This document shows positions 39,743-50,377 of a stretch of 64,000 nucleotides of DNA, one piece after another. The notes under the pieces were generated by a model. The model saw only the letters and a list, made by a program, of their open reading frames with translations, made no database searches and had not been told where the DNA came from. The position numbers and the translations under genes are program-made. Numbering within the stretch: the first letter of the stretch is position 1; each line of letters opens with the position of its first letter. Source of the DNA: a virus; the IMG/VR virus record IMGVR_UViG_3300032223_001943, positions 1 through 64,000 of that record; one strand, 5' to 3'.

Positions 39743-40132
39743 ATGGCTAAGATTGTTAAATTAACAGAATCCGATATAAAAAGATTGGTTAATAAAGTTA
39801 TAGAAGAAAAAGAAATTGAAGAAGGTATTTTTGATCCAATTAAGGATGTTTATCACGGGGTTAGAGGTTTAGTTCGTGGGCAAGGATATAATTATTCCAA
39901 ATATACCAGTTCACTACAAAATTTGGTGAAGGATCTTCAACGTCTGGATAAACCAAATCATAAAATAATGGAAGAATTGAGCAAACTACGAACTAAAGTA
40001 GATGGTAGTAATATGCCGATGGAACGTAAAAATGAATTGTTACGTAATATCGATGGGGCTATTCGTTATTTCAAAGTTTATGCGGATTTTATAAAACGAA
40101 TTGATGATTTAACTACAAATACATTGAAATAA
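39743..40132 (+). CDS. Hypothetical protein with KIVKLTESD leader
   Basis: ATATTTAT motif upstream; terminator downstream. Confidence 0.75.
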   Translation: MAKIVKLTESDIKRLVNKVIEEKEIEEGIFDPIKDVYHGVRGLVRGQGYNYSKYTSSLQNLVKDLQRLDKPNHKIMEELSKLRTKVDGSNMPMERKNELLRNIDGAIRYFKVYADFIKRIDDLTTNTLK

Positions 40133-40165
40133 AAAAAGGGGTTGTTTAACCCCTTTTTTTATTTA

Positions 40166-41728
40166 TTAACTTAATGCTTTTTGTTTTATTGTGTCTAATT
40201 GTTTATCCATATTAAGACCAACTTTACTTAATGCTGGACAAATTAAAGAATTTATTTTTTCTTCAATATCGTGAATAAATTCCGTTTTAGTGAATGTTTC
40301 GGCCATTGTATTTCTAATAATATCAGCAAATGGTCCTGAAGCTTGTTTTTCAATCATGAATTTCCTAACAATACCTTCAGATACCGATTTAGCAATGAAA
40401 TCTGTTAAAAATTGACAATTTGTTAATTTACCTAAATCGGTATATGGTATATTACCTAAAGCGGTGATAACTATATTCCCAATAAATGTATCATTTTTAA
40501 GTCCGAATTTACTCAATAACCATTCAGCGAATTGTTCCTTAAAATAACTTAAAATACCCTCACCTGAACTACCGAACATACCTCTAATGAAATCGAATAA
40601 TCCTTCGTTGATAACTTCTGAATCAATTCCTTGTTGGTGTAGAATTGCTGTTTCAACGATAAGATCATTTACGAATTTAGTGATTTCTTTTTTTGTTTTA
40701 GGAGTTTCACCCTCAACTAGTAAATTAAATCTATTTTTAACTATTGTATTTTCAGTAATAACCTCTTTTTTCTTTTGAATTAAATTTTCTTTAATCACTT
40801 TACTCAATTTTTTATTTTCATTCATTGATTGTAAATTTTTAAGAAATTCACCTAAACCATATTTAGAATAATCTTGAAGTAAACTATCTAATTTTTCTTT
40901 AGTGTTACCACCAAACAACCCTAAATCAACTTTATGTTTTTGACACGCCCAAACCTGTCTTTTCAAGGTCATAAGATCTTTATCGTCGATATCCGATTGT
41001 TTATCAAGATAACTATATAAGGTTTCGATAGTTGTTTTACAAGCGTTTTTATCTTGTTCAGCTAGTTTTTGTGTTGGGTAAATGTATATAGGTTCACCAG
41101 TACCACCCAATTGTTTATAGAAGTTTTTATATTTACCCCCCATTATTTTGGTAATATCTACTCGTTCATCATATAATGAAGATGTTATCGCAGGTGTTGT
41201 TAAACTATAATCTATACTAGTTAACATTTGTTCAATTTCAGGTTGTTGCTCAATTTTAGTATTAATTGATGAAATTCTTTTATAGATGAATCGTTCCCCT
41301 GGTTTGAATAGTTTAGAATCTAAAGTCGATAAATCAACTTTATCATATTTACGACCAATTTCGTATGGTTCATCAACTGTTTTAACATATTCTTTATTAT
41401 TCTTAATAAGACCATCAATAAACTTATCTTGAGTATTACTTGTTGATGGTGATGTTTGACAAGACCAGAATTTTGAATTTCCATTAACTTGGTTCTTATA
41501 AACGCCATTAGTTTGTCCCGGTTCTGGTGCGTAAAACCAAACAATTTCACCTTTACTATTTTTACCAGTAATAACAAATTTACCTAACGATGTTTTTTTT
41601 GGTTGTTTACCACCATCAATAGTAAACCAAGTGTATTTTTCGTTTGAAAAACAACCATTATTAAATGATTGTTCCATATAACTTCTAGCGTCAAAATTTT
41701 GACTTTGTTCTTGTATATTCTTTTTCAT
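40166..41728 (-). CDS. Large hypothetical protein (probable virion protein)
   Basis: ORF in a co-oriented run; several IxE motifs. Confidence 0.7.
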   Translation of the reverse strand: MKKNIQEQSQNFDARSYMEQSFNNGCFSNEKYTWFTIDGGKQPKKTSLGKFVITGKNSKGEIVWFYAPEPGQTNGVYKNQVNGNSKFWSCQTSPSTSNTQDKFIDGLIKNNKEYVKTVDEPYEIGRKYDKVDLSTLDSKLFKPGERFIYKRISSINTKIEQQPEIEQMLTSIDYSLTTPAITSSLYDERVDITKIMGGKYKNFYKQLGGTGEPIYIYPTQKLAEQDKNACKTTIETLYSYLDKQSDIDDKDLMTLKRQVWACQKHKVDLGLFGGNTKEKLDSLLQDYSKYGLGEFLKNLQSMNENKKLSKVIKENLIQKKKEVITENTIVKNRFNLLVEGETPKTKKEITKFVNDLIVETAILHQQGIDSEVINEGLFDFIRGMFGSSGEGILSYFKEQFAEWLLSKFGLKNDTFIGNIVITALGNIPYTDLGKLTNCQFLTDFIAKSVSEGIVRKFMIEKQASGPFADIIRNTMAETFTKTEFIHDIEEKINSLICPALSKVGLNMDKQLDTIKQKALS

Positions 41729-41732
41729 AATT

Positions 41733-43103
41733 TTATACTTCATCTGTTGATGGTTCGTCATTTACCAATTCTTCTGGTTTTTGTATCGGTTGTGTTGTTT
41801 GAGTTGTTGTACCACAAATTGTGTTAATATCCGCATCAGTAAATGAAGATCTACCTAATTTAGATGTAACGGCACCTTTTGTTTCCGGTCCAAATAAACC
41901 ATCCGCTGTGATTCCTAAACACCCTTGCGCTTTACGAATAACTTCAGATTTACAATTTTGTTTATATGTTCCAGTACATTCAGTGAATTGTGATTTTCTT
42001 ATCGGTGTTGGAGTAATAGTTCCACCACCATTATTTTCTTTTTTAGGTTTTTCTTCTTTTTTAGATTTGACTTCTTTTTTTAATGGATATTCTTCACCAT
42101 TAAATTCAACAATTAGTTGATTCCCATCACACTCCCACGTACCTTCAAAATCACCATTTTTTGCGGTACCGTTATTTCTTAAATAAAGTTGACCCGCTAA
42201 ATCTAATGATGGGACACCTGTTTTACCAATTAAAAATGATAAAACGCCACTACCTTGATCAAAAATTCTATTAACTTTGAAATTTTCATATCCAACATAA
42301 TCAATTAAACATTGACTCCATTGTTTTGGTTTATCAGTAAACCAATTTCTCCATAAATAGATTAATAACCAACCACCAATACCGTAAGTTAAGACTTTTC
42401 TCCACCCTAATTTTTTAAGGTATTCTAAAGTTTTAATCCCTTGTTGACGTGCGAATTTTCCAAATCCTTCCCATTTACCTTTTTGAGTGGTTAAATTTTT
42501 TACTTCTTCAACTGAATTAATTTTTCTCGCTTTAGTTATATCTTCAACTTCTTTAGTGGTATTAACACCTTTAGTTTTTTGACCTAATTGACTTCCTTGA
42601 AGTGCGTCAGCCAACATTGTTTCAACTTCTTTTTCGGTGATACCAAATTGTTTGTAATAATTTTGTGCTGTAGATAACGCTTTAGCGTCTGCTCCCATGA
42701 CAGCACCATTAGGGTAAACTTTTTTAGCTATTTCAAGAAATGATGGTGATTTACTAATCATCCCTTTTAATTTAACAGCAATTTCAGGTGTTTTAGCCAA
42801 ATTTTTACCAATATTAATCATTTCGGCATTATTTATCAACGCACCTTCTTTACCCACCCCCTCTAAAGCTTTAATCAATTCATCTGCGTTATTAAAACGT
42901 CTAAACGTAGGTATTTCATTCTTAAATGTTTGGAATAACCCTTTTTCGGTACCTAAAACATCTTTAAAGGTTTGAGCGACAGTTTTAGCAACTTCATTAG
43001 CTTGTTCAGTTAAAATAGTGTTATCATAATTTTCTGTTAATGTACTTTTCATATCATAGTTCATTAACAACTTAACTCTATTTAATATTTCTTTTTTATC
43101 CAT
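41733..43103 (-). CDS. Membrane protein with C-terminal peptidoglycan-binding-like motif
   Basis: One TM helix (VLTYGIGGWLLIYLW); IRKAQ.CLG..ADG.FGP.T..AV. Confidence 0.7.
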   Translation of the reverse strand: MDKKEILNRVKLLMNYDMKSTLTENYDNTILTEQANEVAKTVAQTFKDVLGTEKGLFQTFKNEIPTFRRFNNADELIKALEGVGKEGALINNAEMINIGKNLAKTPEIAVKLKGMISKSPSFLEIAKKVYPNGAVMGADAKALSTAQNYYKQFGITEKEVETMLADALQGSQLGQKTKGVNTTKEVEDITKARKINSVEEVKNLTTQKGKWEGFGKFARQQGIKTLEYLKKLGWRKVLTYGIGGWLLIYLWRNWFTDKPKQWSQCLIDYVGYENFKVNRIFDQGSGVLSFLIGKTGVPSLDLAGQLYLRNNGTAKNGDFEGTWECDGNQLIVEFNGEEYPLKKEVKSKKEEKPKKENNGGGTITPTPIRKSQFTECTGTYKQNCKSEVIRKAQGCLGITADGLFGPETKGAVTSKLGRSSFTDADINTICGTTTQTTQPIQKPEELVNDEPSTDEV

Positions 43104-43104
43104 T

Positions 43105-44340
43105 TTATAAATTATTTAATTGATTTAATAAATCATTATTAATTGTATTCGCGATGTTGGGATTACTGATTATTTTATCCGCAATATTAGTTCGTTTAAT
43201 ATCTTCTTTTTCTTTTTGGTATTCACCATATGTGCCAACACCACCAACTAAACCAGCAGTAGTTAAACCAGTTTTAAGACCTTTTTGTGTTTTTGTTGCG
43301 GTAGCCATTGATTTAATACCCAACATTTTATTTAACATATTACCAATTTTTGTTAAAAATCCACCTATTGACCCTAAAACATTATTAATGAATTTAGACC
43401 CTTTTGGGAATTTTGACGATATTGATGAACTAATTTCACTTAATTTACCAGGAACTTCAGATAACCCATTTTTCATTTTTGTTAAAATCCCTTTTATTGT
43501 TGGATTTTTAGATACAACCTCAACCATTTCAGCTTCAGTACGAGCATTTGTTAATGGTTTAAGTGCTAATCTCGCCGATTTAGCTGCAACTCCTGCGAAA
43601 ACTAAACCAAGAATATCAACCCCTAAAAATAATAGACGTTGCCATAATGGTATATTTTCTTCATAATTCCCACTAATTAATTCGTAAACATCTGTAGCAA
43701 CAACAATCCCCCATAATACAGCTTGAGCTACTTTACCGATACCTGTTGCTACTAAAATAGCATCCAGTATAAGTCCAATTGGATTGTATAACGCTGAACG
43801 TATTTTTCTACCCAAATAAAGAAGTCCTTTACCTATTAAACTAAAAACTTCAGACCATTCACCTTTAGATACTCTATTAATTAATTCTTCACCCCCCTCA
43901 ACTGAAGTTTTAAGAAAATCCTGAAAACCTTCCCAACTTGATTTACCGGTGTCAACCGCCCATTTCTTGAATGATGACCATAACCCTTCATTTAAGAATA
44001 TTTTAAGATCTTCTTTAATTAAAGATAAATTTCTAGTTTGTTCAGTTAATATAAAATTATTCAAGGTTGAATTAATTTCTTCTTTAATGAATTTTGGTAA
44101 AGAAGATACGTTGAATGAATATTGTAGAAAAAACTTAAGATTATCAAAATTTTCCCAGATATTCCCTAATTTAGTTTTATTTTCTATATCATAAAGTTCA
44201 TCTAGGAATACAACATATTTTTCATCTGGTGATAACCAATCAACAATTAAGGTATCATTATTAAATGAACCGTTCACCCCTAACTTATGTTGGGATAAAA
44301 TACTTGTTTTATCGGACTCACTTAATAAAAATTTTTTCAT
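43105..44340 (-). CDS. Hypothetical protein with hydrophobic helical hairpins
   Basis: Gly/Ala-rich hydrophobic stretches (LILDAILVATGIG.., LLFLGVDILGLVFAGVAA). Confidence 0.7.
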   Translation of the reverse strand: MKKFLLSESDKTSILSQHKLGVNGSFNNDTLIVDWLSPDEKYVVFLDELYDIENKTKLGNIWENFDNLKFFLQYSFNVSSLPKFIKEEINSTLNNFILTEQTRNLSLIKEDLKIFLNEGLWSSFKKWAVDTGKSSWEGFQDFLKTSVEGGEELINRVSKGEWSEVFSLIGKGLLYLGRKIRSALYNPIGLILDAILVATGIGKVAQAVLWGIVVATDVYELISGNYEENIPLWQRLLFLGVDILGLVFAGVAAKSARLALKPLTNARTEAEMVEVVSKNPTIKGILTKMKNGLSEVPGKLSEISSSISSKFPKGSKFINNVLGSIGGFLTKIGNMLNKMLGIKSMATATKTQKGLKTGLTTAGLVGGVGTYGEYQKEKEDIKRTNIADKIISNPNIANTINNDLLNQLNNL

Positions 44341-44579
44341 AATAATGTATTGGCTTTACCTCTAGTTATTTTATAACTATCACTCCATTTTGTATTACCG
44401 ATTTGATTGCCAGCACCCCTGGTGACCCCACTTTCCCATTTGGTAACGGTAGGATAATCTGGTTTAACGGCACTCGCGTCAGTGGATGTTTCACCACCAC
44501 CTTCTTGTTCCTCAACCTCGTCTTTAATTGGGGAATTGGATATATCGTTCATAAGTGATATTAAAAAATCAATATTCAT
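44337..44579 (-). CDS. Small hypothetical protein
   Basis: Internal repeat KW....TRG.AN; ATATTTAT motif upstream. Confidence 0.7.
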   Translation of the reverse strand: MNIDFLISLMNDISNSPIKDEVEEQEGGGETSTDASAVKPDYPTVTKWESGVTRGAGNQIGNTKWSDSYKITRGKANTLL

Positions 44580-44641
44580 TACTATAAATATGAATTAAGT
44601 CGAAAAAAGTTGTATATTTGTTAGAAATAAAACTATAAACC

Positions 44642-45142
44642 ATGAAACACATTTTAATCCTATTAACAATTGTATTATTTGGGTGTTCCAAATATGACCA
44701 ACCAAAAACATTACAGATAACTGGGGAATATGTTGTTGATCGTATTACAGTGTCCACGAATGGTAACTTATCATCTAATTATAAATACGTTTACAATCCT
44801 GGTGATGTTATGATTGACCCAAATGGGACGTTCCCATTGGATTCAATATCTGTTGGTTTTACAAAATGGATGATCACTTATTACGATATTGGTTTTAACC
44901 CCCTTCCAACACCAACTGGTAAAGTGGAGTGGTTAAATAGGTATTACTATAGAGTAACTAATCAAACGATACATGATTTGGGTTATATGGATATAACCAT
45001 GGGTAATGGCTTGAGAAGGGTATTTCATATCCTTGAGGATGGGTTTGAGTCTTTAACATTAAGAACTACTGGTCAATGGCCGAATGGGCAATATGGGGAA
45101 CAAATTTCAATGACCATTTATTTAACTAGAGTTGGACCTTAA
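44642..45142 (+). CDS. Putative lipoprotein
   Basis: MKHILILLTIVLFG-C lipobox; TATATTTG promoter at 44613-44620. Confidence 0.75.
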   Translation: MKHILILLTIVLFGCSKYDQPKTLQITGEYVVDRITVSTNGNLSSNYKYVYNPGDVMIDPNGTFPLDSISVGFTKWMITYYDIGFNPLPTPTGKVEWLNRYYYRVTNQTIHDLGYMDITMGNGLRRVFHILEDGFESLTLRTTGQWPNGQYGEQISMTIYLTRVGP

Positions 45143-45453
45143 AAGAATTCCACTTTTGGAACTCGTTCAGGGTATACCATATAATATTCGTTGAGGAATG
45201 ATATTACTTCATGCATTAGATTGTCATCAAACACACTATCGAATTGAAAATAATAGTTATCCCCATCTTCTTCATCATCTTCGAACATTGGGTCTTGGTT
45301 TAGGATATAGTCGTATGCCATATCCCAAACCTCCTTAACCTCAATATGATCTTGACGAATTTCGTCGTATGAATCGTTGATACATCTAAACGAAACGTCT
45401 AGGGATTGTGTGGATTCATTAATGAAATAAGTTATGATTTCTTTAACTTCCAT
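45139..45453 (-). CDS. Acidic hypothetical protein
   Basis: ORF track. Confidence 0.7.
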   Translation of the reverse strand: MEVKEIITYFINESTQSLDVSFRCINDSYDEIRQDHIEVKEVWDMAYDYILNQDPMFEDDEEDGDNYYFQFDSVFDDNLMHEVISFLNEYYMVYPERVPKVEFF

Positions 45454-45461
45454 TGAATGTT

Positions 45462-46091
45462 TTAGTAGTTTTTAAACCTTTTGAACATATCTAGGGTTTT
45501 ATTCACTTGTTCGGATAAGTCAATTACGATAACATCGTCATCTAATTCATCCGTTAACTCGTCCATATCAAAAGCGTAGTCCTCCGGATTTTCCATTGTA
45601 CCATGAATTAGGTCGTTTGGTCCATCACCAATCCCATCTTTTGGTGGAACTTGTTCAAAAGTTTCTTCAGGATCAAAATCCGCTCCAGCATAGAAATCTT
45701 CATCCAACTCAATATCGAATTTGGTATCATAATCAATTGCGTGTTTTGGCCAATCTTCAGATGGATCTTCTTCGTAATGAAATGGTCTTTTCGCCGATTT
45801 ATTGAAATGTTTTTTTATATCCGATTTGGCAGTTTTTTCAGCTTCCCCTGAAAATAAACCGGTGTCTTTATTGTCAAAACGCATTTCATTAATATGCATA
45901 TTTTTATATTCGGACACTTCACCTTTATTGTTTACAGTAATACCCCCTTTATCTTTTGCGAAATCTTCGATATATAATGGTTGTTCGTTATTTTGACCAT
46001 ATTCGGTCTTAAACCCATCATATATTTCTTTATGTTGGTTTTTAATTGCCTCACGTTCCTCGTTTGTCAATGTTAAAAAATATGCGTTCAT
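45462..46091 (-). CDS. Acidic hypothetical protein
   Basis: ORF track; ATATTTAT motif upstream. Confidence 0.7.
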   Translation of the reverse strand: MNAYFLTLTNEEREAIKNQHKEIYDGFKTEYGQNNEQPLYIEDFAKDKGGITVNNKGEVSEYKNMHINEMRFDNKDTGLFSGEAEKTAKSDIKKHFNKSAKRPFHYEEDPSEDWPKHAIDYDTKFDIELDEDFYAGADFDPEETFEQVPPKDGIGDGPNDLIHGTMENPEDYAFDMDELTDELDDDVIVIDLSEQVNKTLDMFKRFKNY

Positions 46092-46118
46092 TTTATAATT
46101 GTTTTTTTATAAATATGT

Positions 46119-46352
46119 TTATTTTGTTTTGGTGGCAAGTTTCCAGATGTCTGTACTAGAAATTAAGGCTAAACTTGAAATTTCTTCACCAACATTGTCT
46201 TGATCACCATCATCCCAAAATACGACGTATTGGTCATCCCCAAATACATGACTGACAGTTTTAACGGTTCCCCAAGTCCCAGGTGATAACGATTCACCTT
46301 CCATATATAAAAGACGAACACGATCCCCAGGTTTTAATTTTTCATTTGCCAT
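46119..46352 (-). CDS. Small SH3-like protein (DUF4314-like)
   Basis: LKPGDRVRL..M......PGT.GTV..V......V.WD.G....LAL pattern. Confidence 0.55.
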   Translation of the reverse strand: MANEKLKPGDRVRLLYMEGESLSPGTWGTVKTVSHVFGDDQYVVFWDDGDQDNVGEEISSLALISSTDIWKLATKTK

Positions 46353-46583
46353 ATTATTAATTTTTTCTATAAATATAAACCTTATTTGCCTTTTTTTGGA
46401 TTGTATCGTTATTAAATTTTTGATTATTTTCGTTTTCACGTTGGAGGTGGGCTTGACCCAAACAACCGAATAACAATAAAATCCCCCAGATTATCAATAA
46501 CACCTTGATTAATGTTCGGTTGTTGTTTGACTTTAATTTTTCATAAGTCATAATATTTTTTATATATAAATATATTTATAATC

Positions 46584-47213
46584 ATGAAGGTGAAGGTTAT
46601 AATTAGTGAATCTCAAAAAAATAGAATAATAATTGAGTCCATGGGGGATCAAATTAAGGATGAATTGGAGGAAAAAAAGAAATTAATTTCTCGAATTTCT
46701 AAAGAGGCATCCGAACAAATAAAGTTCGACTTATCCATTATGTTGACCTTCAGTGCCCCGATAGCGGGGTTTATTGGACCATTGGAAGATTATCTTAAGG
46801 GTAAACACCATGAATTAACTTCCGTTGAAATATCACTAATTTTGTCTGGAATTATTTTTCAATATATTAAAGATAATAACGAAATTTTACGTAAAATTAA
46901 GAAAAAAATTAAGGATATGGGATTAACCGTTTATTTTAGAGACGCGTTAAGTAAAAGTGAAGAACTTAAAAATTCATTCTTAAACTTCCTTGAATCAATT
47001 GGTGTTAGTATACAAAAGACTTCCAATATCATGGGATTTACCTTCTTAATCCCAATCATACCATTGTTATACCATGGAATTCAGAATGGTTCAATCACAC
47101 CAGAAAATATTTATGAAATTGTTGAACGTATCGGATTATTTATGGGTGCAAATTATGGGGGAACAACTTTACGTGAAATTCTATCGTTATTAATTCGAAA
47201 ATTAAGACAATAA
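46584..47213 (+). CDS. Hypothetical membrane protein
   Basis: VIISESQ leader; hydrophobic segments. Confidence 0.7.
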   Translation: MKVKVIISESQKNRIIIESMGDQIKDELEEKKKLISRISKEASEQIKFDLSIMLTFSAPIAGFIGPLEDYLKGKHHELTSVEISLILSGIIFQYIKDNNEILRKIKKKIKDMGLTVYFRDALSKSEELKNSFLNFLESIGVSIQKTSNIMGFTFLIPIIPLLYHGIQNGSITPENIYEIVERIGLFMGANYGGTTLREILSLLIRKLRQ

Positions 47214-48146
47214 GATTTCTATCACCCCATCCATTTCATCTTGATTCAATTTGTGGGTTGTTTTGTGTGTTTCAAACCATTTTTTAACCACTTCTTCATA
47301 TGGTACTTTTTTTAGTTTGGAAATACGTTGAAATCCTTTTTTTTGTGCGTTTATTTCGTGTGGTTGTGTGTAGTATGTAAAAGGATCTGTTGGTTGTTCA
47401 CCACCTAACTCAAACTCACCTGAATTATGTTGACTAACATGTTCCATTTCATGGGCCAATACTTCATTTAATTCACCCACCAAATCATATAGATTCTGGG
47501 TGATTGTATTTGGATTATAGTTAACACCGATTTCAATAACATCATCTTCAGTGGAATAATACCCCTCAACTTCAAACCCCTCAATATCTGACTTAACTAA
47601 CGTTAACTCAATACTATAGTTTATTTTTGAGTTTGAGAAGACATATTCAGGTTCACCATCAAGGTCTTCTGGTAGATAGAAATTCCCCTCACCATTTTCT
47701 CTAATGATCATTAAGATATCTTTAATCATTGTTCGTAGTGCTAAACGATTCATTTTGGCTTCAGTTAAATTAGTTTTTGGTTCATTTACTTCTGACGAAT
47801 ATATGAAAATATTTTCAATTATTATTGGTTTTATATCAATCATTCTAGTAAAAGATTCAACCTCCTCTAATAAACGGTGGTATATTTTTAGATTTTCAAT
47901 GGATTTGGTTATATTATAAACACCATTATTTTCATCATGTTTGGATTTAGTAAACTTCAACATACGTTTCAGATGATCGTTCGTATTAAATATGGTTACG
48001 GAACAACCATAATAATTAATAGCATTTTTTATTATCGTATCGTCCAATAATATGATATAATCAAAAGAAAATAACCCATCGTCATATTGATGGGTGATTT
48101 GTTCAAGTTTACTTGAAATTATTTGTAATAGTTTGGTACTTAACAT
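47202..48146 (-). CDS. Zincin-like metalloprotease domain protein
   Basis: LAHEMEH..Q ... Y..QPHEI.A motif. Confidence 0.65.
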   Translation of the reverse strand: MLSTKLLQIISSKLEQITHQYDDGLFSFDYIILLDDTIIKNAINYYGCSVTIFNTNDHLKRMLKFTKSKHDENNGVYNITKSIENLKIYHRLLEEVESFTRMIDIKPIIIENIFIYSSEVNEPKTNLTEAKMNRLALRTMIKDILMIIRENGEGNFYLPEDLDGEPEYVFSNSKINYSIELTLVKSDIEGFEVEGYYSTEDDVIEIGVNYNPNTITQNLYDLVGELNEVLAHEMEHVSQHNSGEFELGGEQPTDPFTYYTQPHEINAQKKGFQRISKLKKVPYEEVVKKWFETHKTTHKLNQDEMDGVIEILLS

Positions 48147-48418
48147 TATATTACATTAATTTTAATTTTTAACGATGATCCCCCTTTAATAACCCGGTGG
48201 TACATTCCTTCAGGTATAATATATTGTTTACCAGGTAATAATGGTTTTGGTAGTTCATTGTCAAACTGTATAAACCAACCGTCACCTTCGATCACCTCAA
48301 CCAATCTATCTTCACGATCACGATGCCATTTTAATTCTTCATCGTTCACTTTAGGTGTAAAGATACGCAATTTTTCGTTACGTTCATTAATTTTTTCTAT
48401 ATAAGGTTGTTTTTTCAT
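48146..48418 (-). CDS. Cupin-like small protein
   Basis: WHRD.EDR.V.V..G.GW.....ELP..L.......IP...YHRVIKG. Confidence 0.65.
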   Translation of the reverse strand: MKKQPYIEKINERNEKLRIFTPKVNDEELKWHRDREDRLVEVIEGDGWFIQFDNELPKPLLPGKQYIIPEGMYHRVIKGGSSLKIKINVI

Positions 48419-48420
48419 TT

Positions 48421-49392
48421 TTACCAGTTACTTGAACTTTTTAATCCCAATTTTTTAGCAAATCTTCCGACGTTGCAGGCCCAGAACCCAGCAGTTGTTC
48501 GATCCTTCTTTTGATCACATTTATGCCTTGCTCTGAACGATTTTGCGGCCTTTTTATTAGCGTTCCTAACTCTTAAATTTGGGTCACCAAATGTAACCTT
48601 TTTAATTGTACCTTTTGGTGTTTTAACATATACCGCAAACTTTTTTGGTCCACCAGGAGTTCTAAATGGACTATTTAATTTCACTTTTTTCCCTCTATGT
48701 ATTGCCTCACCCAACATTTCATCTTCTTTTGGTGAATATTCATATATTTTATCAATATCAATTGGGTCAATATCAAACCTAATTCGACTTTTATCCATTG
48801 GTCCAACTAATCCGGTTGTGATAAATTTAGGTTCATTTGGGAAAATAATTGTTTCATATCTGGGGGTGAAAATAAAAAAATCAAAATCTAAATCCAATTT
48901 AGTCATAAAATGATTAACACCATCAATAAAAAAGAATTCATGTATACCACGATCTGCGGATTCACGACCAAGACCAAATCTATAAACATTACCCATAATA
49001 CAATTTTTGGTTATACCATCGTTGGTTAAAGAAAAATATTTAATAGACCCAAAATCCTTAATCATATCGACCTCAATTTCATCATCAAGTTTTAACTTTT
49101 GACGGATTTCATTTATTTCTTGTTCGTATTCTTCGTTGAGGTAGATTGGTACGTCCAACCATACTTGACGACCATCTTCAAGTAAAACTTTTTTACCCAA
49201 ATCCGATTCAACCAACCAAATATCATCTTCAGTTAATCTTATTAAGTTGTTATCATATAAATCACGAACTTCATTGATTAAAGCGAAATATTTGTCCGAA
49301 TATATTCTGAATACATTTTCAGATAATGTTAACCCATTCTCAAGGTGATACATTAATTCGTTCGATATATTTGTATTTTGACTTAAACGCAT
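48421..49392 (-). CDS. Hypothetical protein with basic C-terminal domain (KKFAVYVK..FGDP..KSFRARHKC..FWAC)
   Basis: ORF track; C-terminal domain recalled from large phages. Confidence 0.7.
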   Translation of the reverse strand: MRLSQNTNISNELMYHLENGLTLSENVFRIYSDKYFALINEVRDLYDNNLIRLTEDDIWLVESDLGKKVLLEDGRQVWLDVPIYLNEEYEQEINEIRQKLKLDDEIEVDMIKDFGSIKYFSLTNDGITKNCIMGNVYRFGLGRESADRGIHEFFFIDGVNHFMTKLDLDFDFFIFTPRYETIIFPNEPKFITTGLVGPMDKSRIRFDIDPIDIDKIYEYSPKEDEMLGEAIHRGKKVKLNSPFRTPGGPKKFAVYVKTPKGTIKKVTFGDPNLRVRNANKKAAKSFRARHKCDQKKDRTTAGFWACNVGRFAKKLGLKSSSNW

Positions 49393-49485
49393 TATTGTTG
49401 TTTTATCATAAATATTATAAGATTTATAAACCAATCATAAATAATTCAATTAATTAAACTATTTATAAATAAACAATTAGTTATT

Positions 49486-49992
49486 ATGGCAAGAGTTATA
49501 ATTAGCGAAGAACAACTTCGTAAAATCATACGTAAAAATATATCCGAACAAGAAGTTAACCAACCACAAGAGTCACAACAAGAACGTTGTTTAACAAATA
49601 ACACAATTCCATTAGAACACATCGTTGGATTAAACGATGAATTCCAAAATTATACATCAAAATTATATAAAAGAAGTGGTGGTATTCGCGGAATGATTGA
49701 CGCATTAGATATATTGAGAACAATCCGTCTACATGACGAAATTAATGATAATGGTGAAAATTTAGCATACGACTTAATGAACCACCTAAAAACATTTCAA
49801 GGAAAAAATTATTTTGATGACACCACAAGTAAATGTAGTAAAGCGATCGATAAAGTAGTTGAACTATATAAAGAAAATGAACATGGTGAAGAACTTGTTA
49901 AAGATATTGAAAAAGTATTAGGTCATTCAGACCCCTCACAAAAAACCAAGGAGTATCTTAAAGCTTGCTTGGAAATTGTTAAAGGAAAATAA
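49486..49992 (+). CDS. Hypothetical protein with VIISEEQ leader
   Basis: ORF track; TATTTAT upstream. Confidence 0.7.
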   Translation: MARVIISEEQLRKIIRKNISEQEVNQPQESQQERCLTNNTIPLEHIVGLNDEFQNYTSKLYKRSGGIRGMIDALDILRTIRLHDEINDNGENLAYDLMNHLKTFQGKNYFDDTTSKCSKAIDKVVELYKENEHGEELVKDIEKVLGHSDPSQKTKEYLKACLEIVKGK

Positions 49993-50105
49993 ACCCCAAT
50001 TTAATTTGGGCAATTAGGACCGTTGTTGATTATGGCAACGAAAAAAGGGGAGGTTCGCTACCATCCCCTTTTGTATTTTAAACACTATTTATAATCAAAA
50101 ACATT

Positions 50106-50366
50106 ATGGAAAAATTAAAGTGGTTTTTCGGTGAAATAATGAAATTATATTCACCTCAAAAATCTTATTTCTCGAAAAAAAGAATTGAATCCGGAATCGC
50201 GTTCATCATCGCACAATGGGGTATGATTTATTACATGTATTCCAATTATTCAAAATTAACTATGGAAGATGTTGTCCTATGGGCCGGAGTTGAATTCGCA
50301 ATGGCTGGTTGGATGATACATAAAATCCAAAAAGAAAAAACTGGAACCGATTCTGAAGAAAATTAA
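50106..50366 (+). CDS. Small two-TM membrane protein (holin-like)
   Basis: Two hydrophobic helices and a charged C-terminus. Confidence 0.6.
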   Translation: MEKLKWFFGEIMKLYSPQKSYFSKKRIESGIAFIIAQWGMIYYMYSNYSKLTMEDVVLWAGVEFAMAGWMIHKIQKEKTGTDSEEN

Positions 50367-50377
50367 AATAATTGGGT

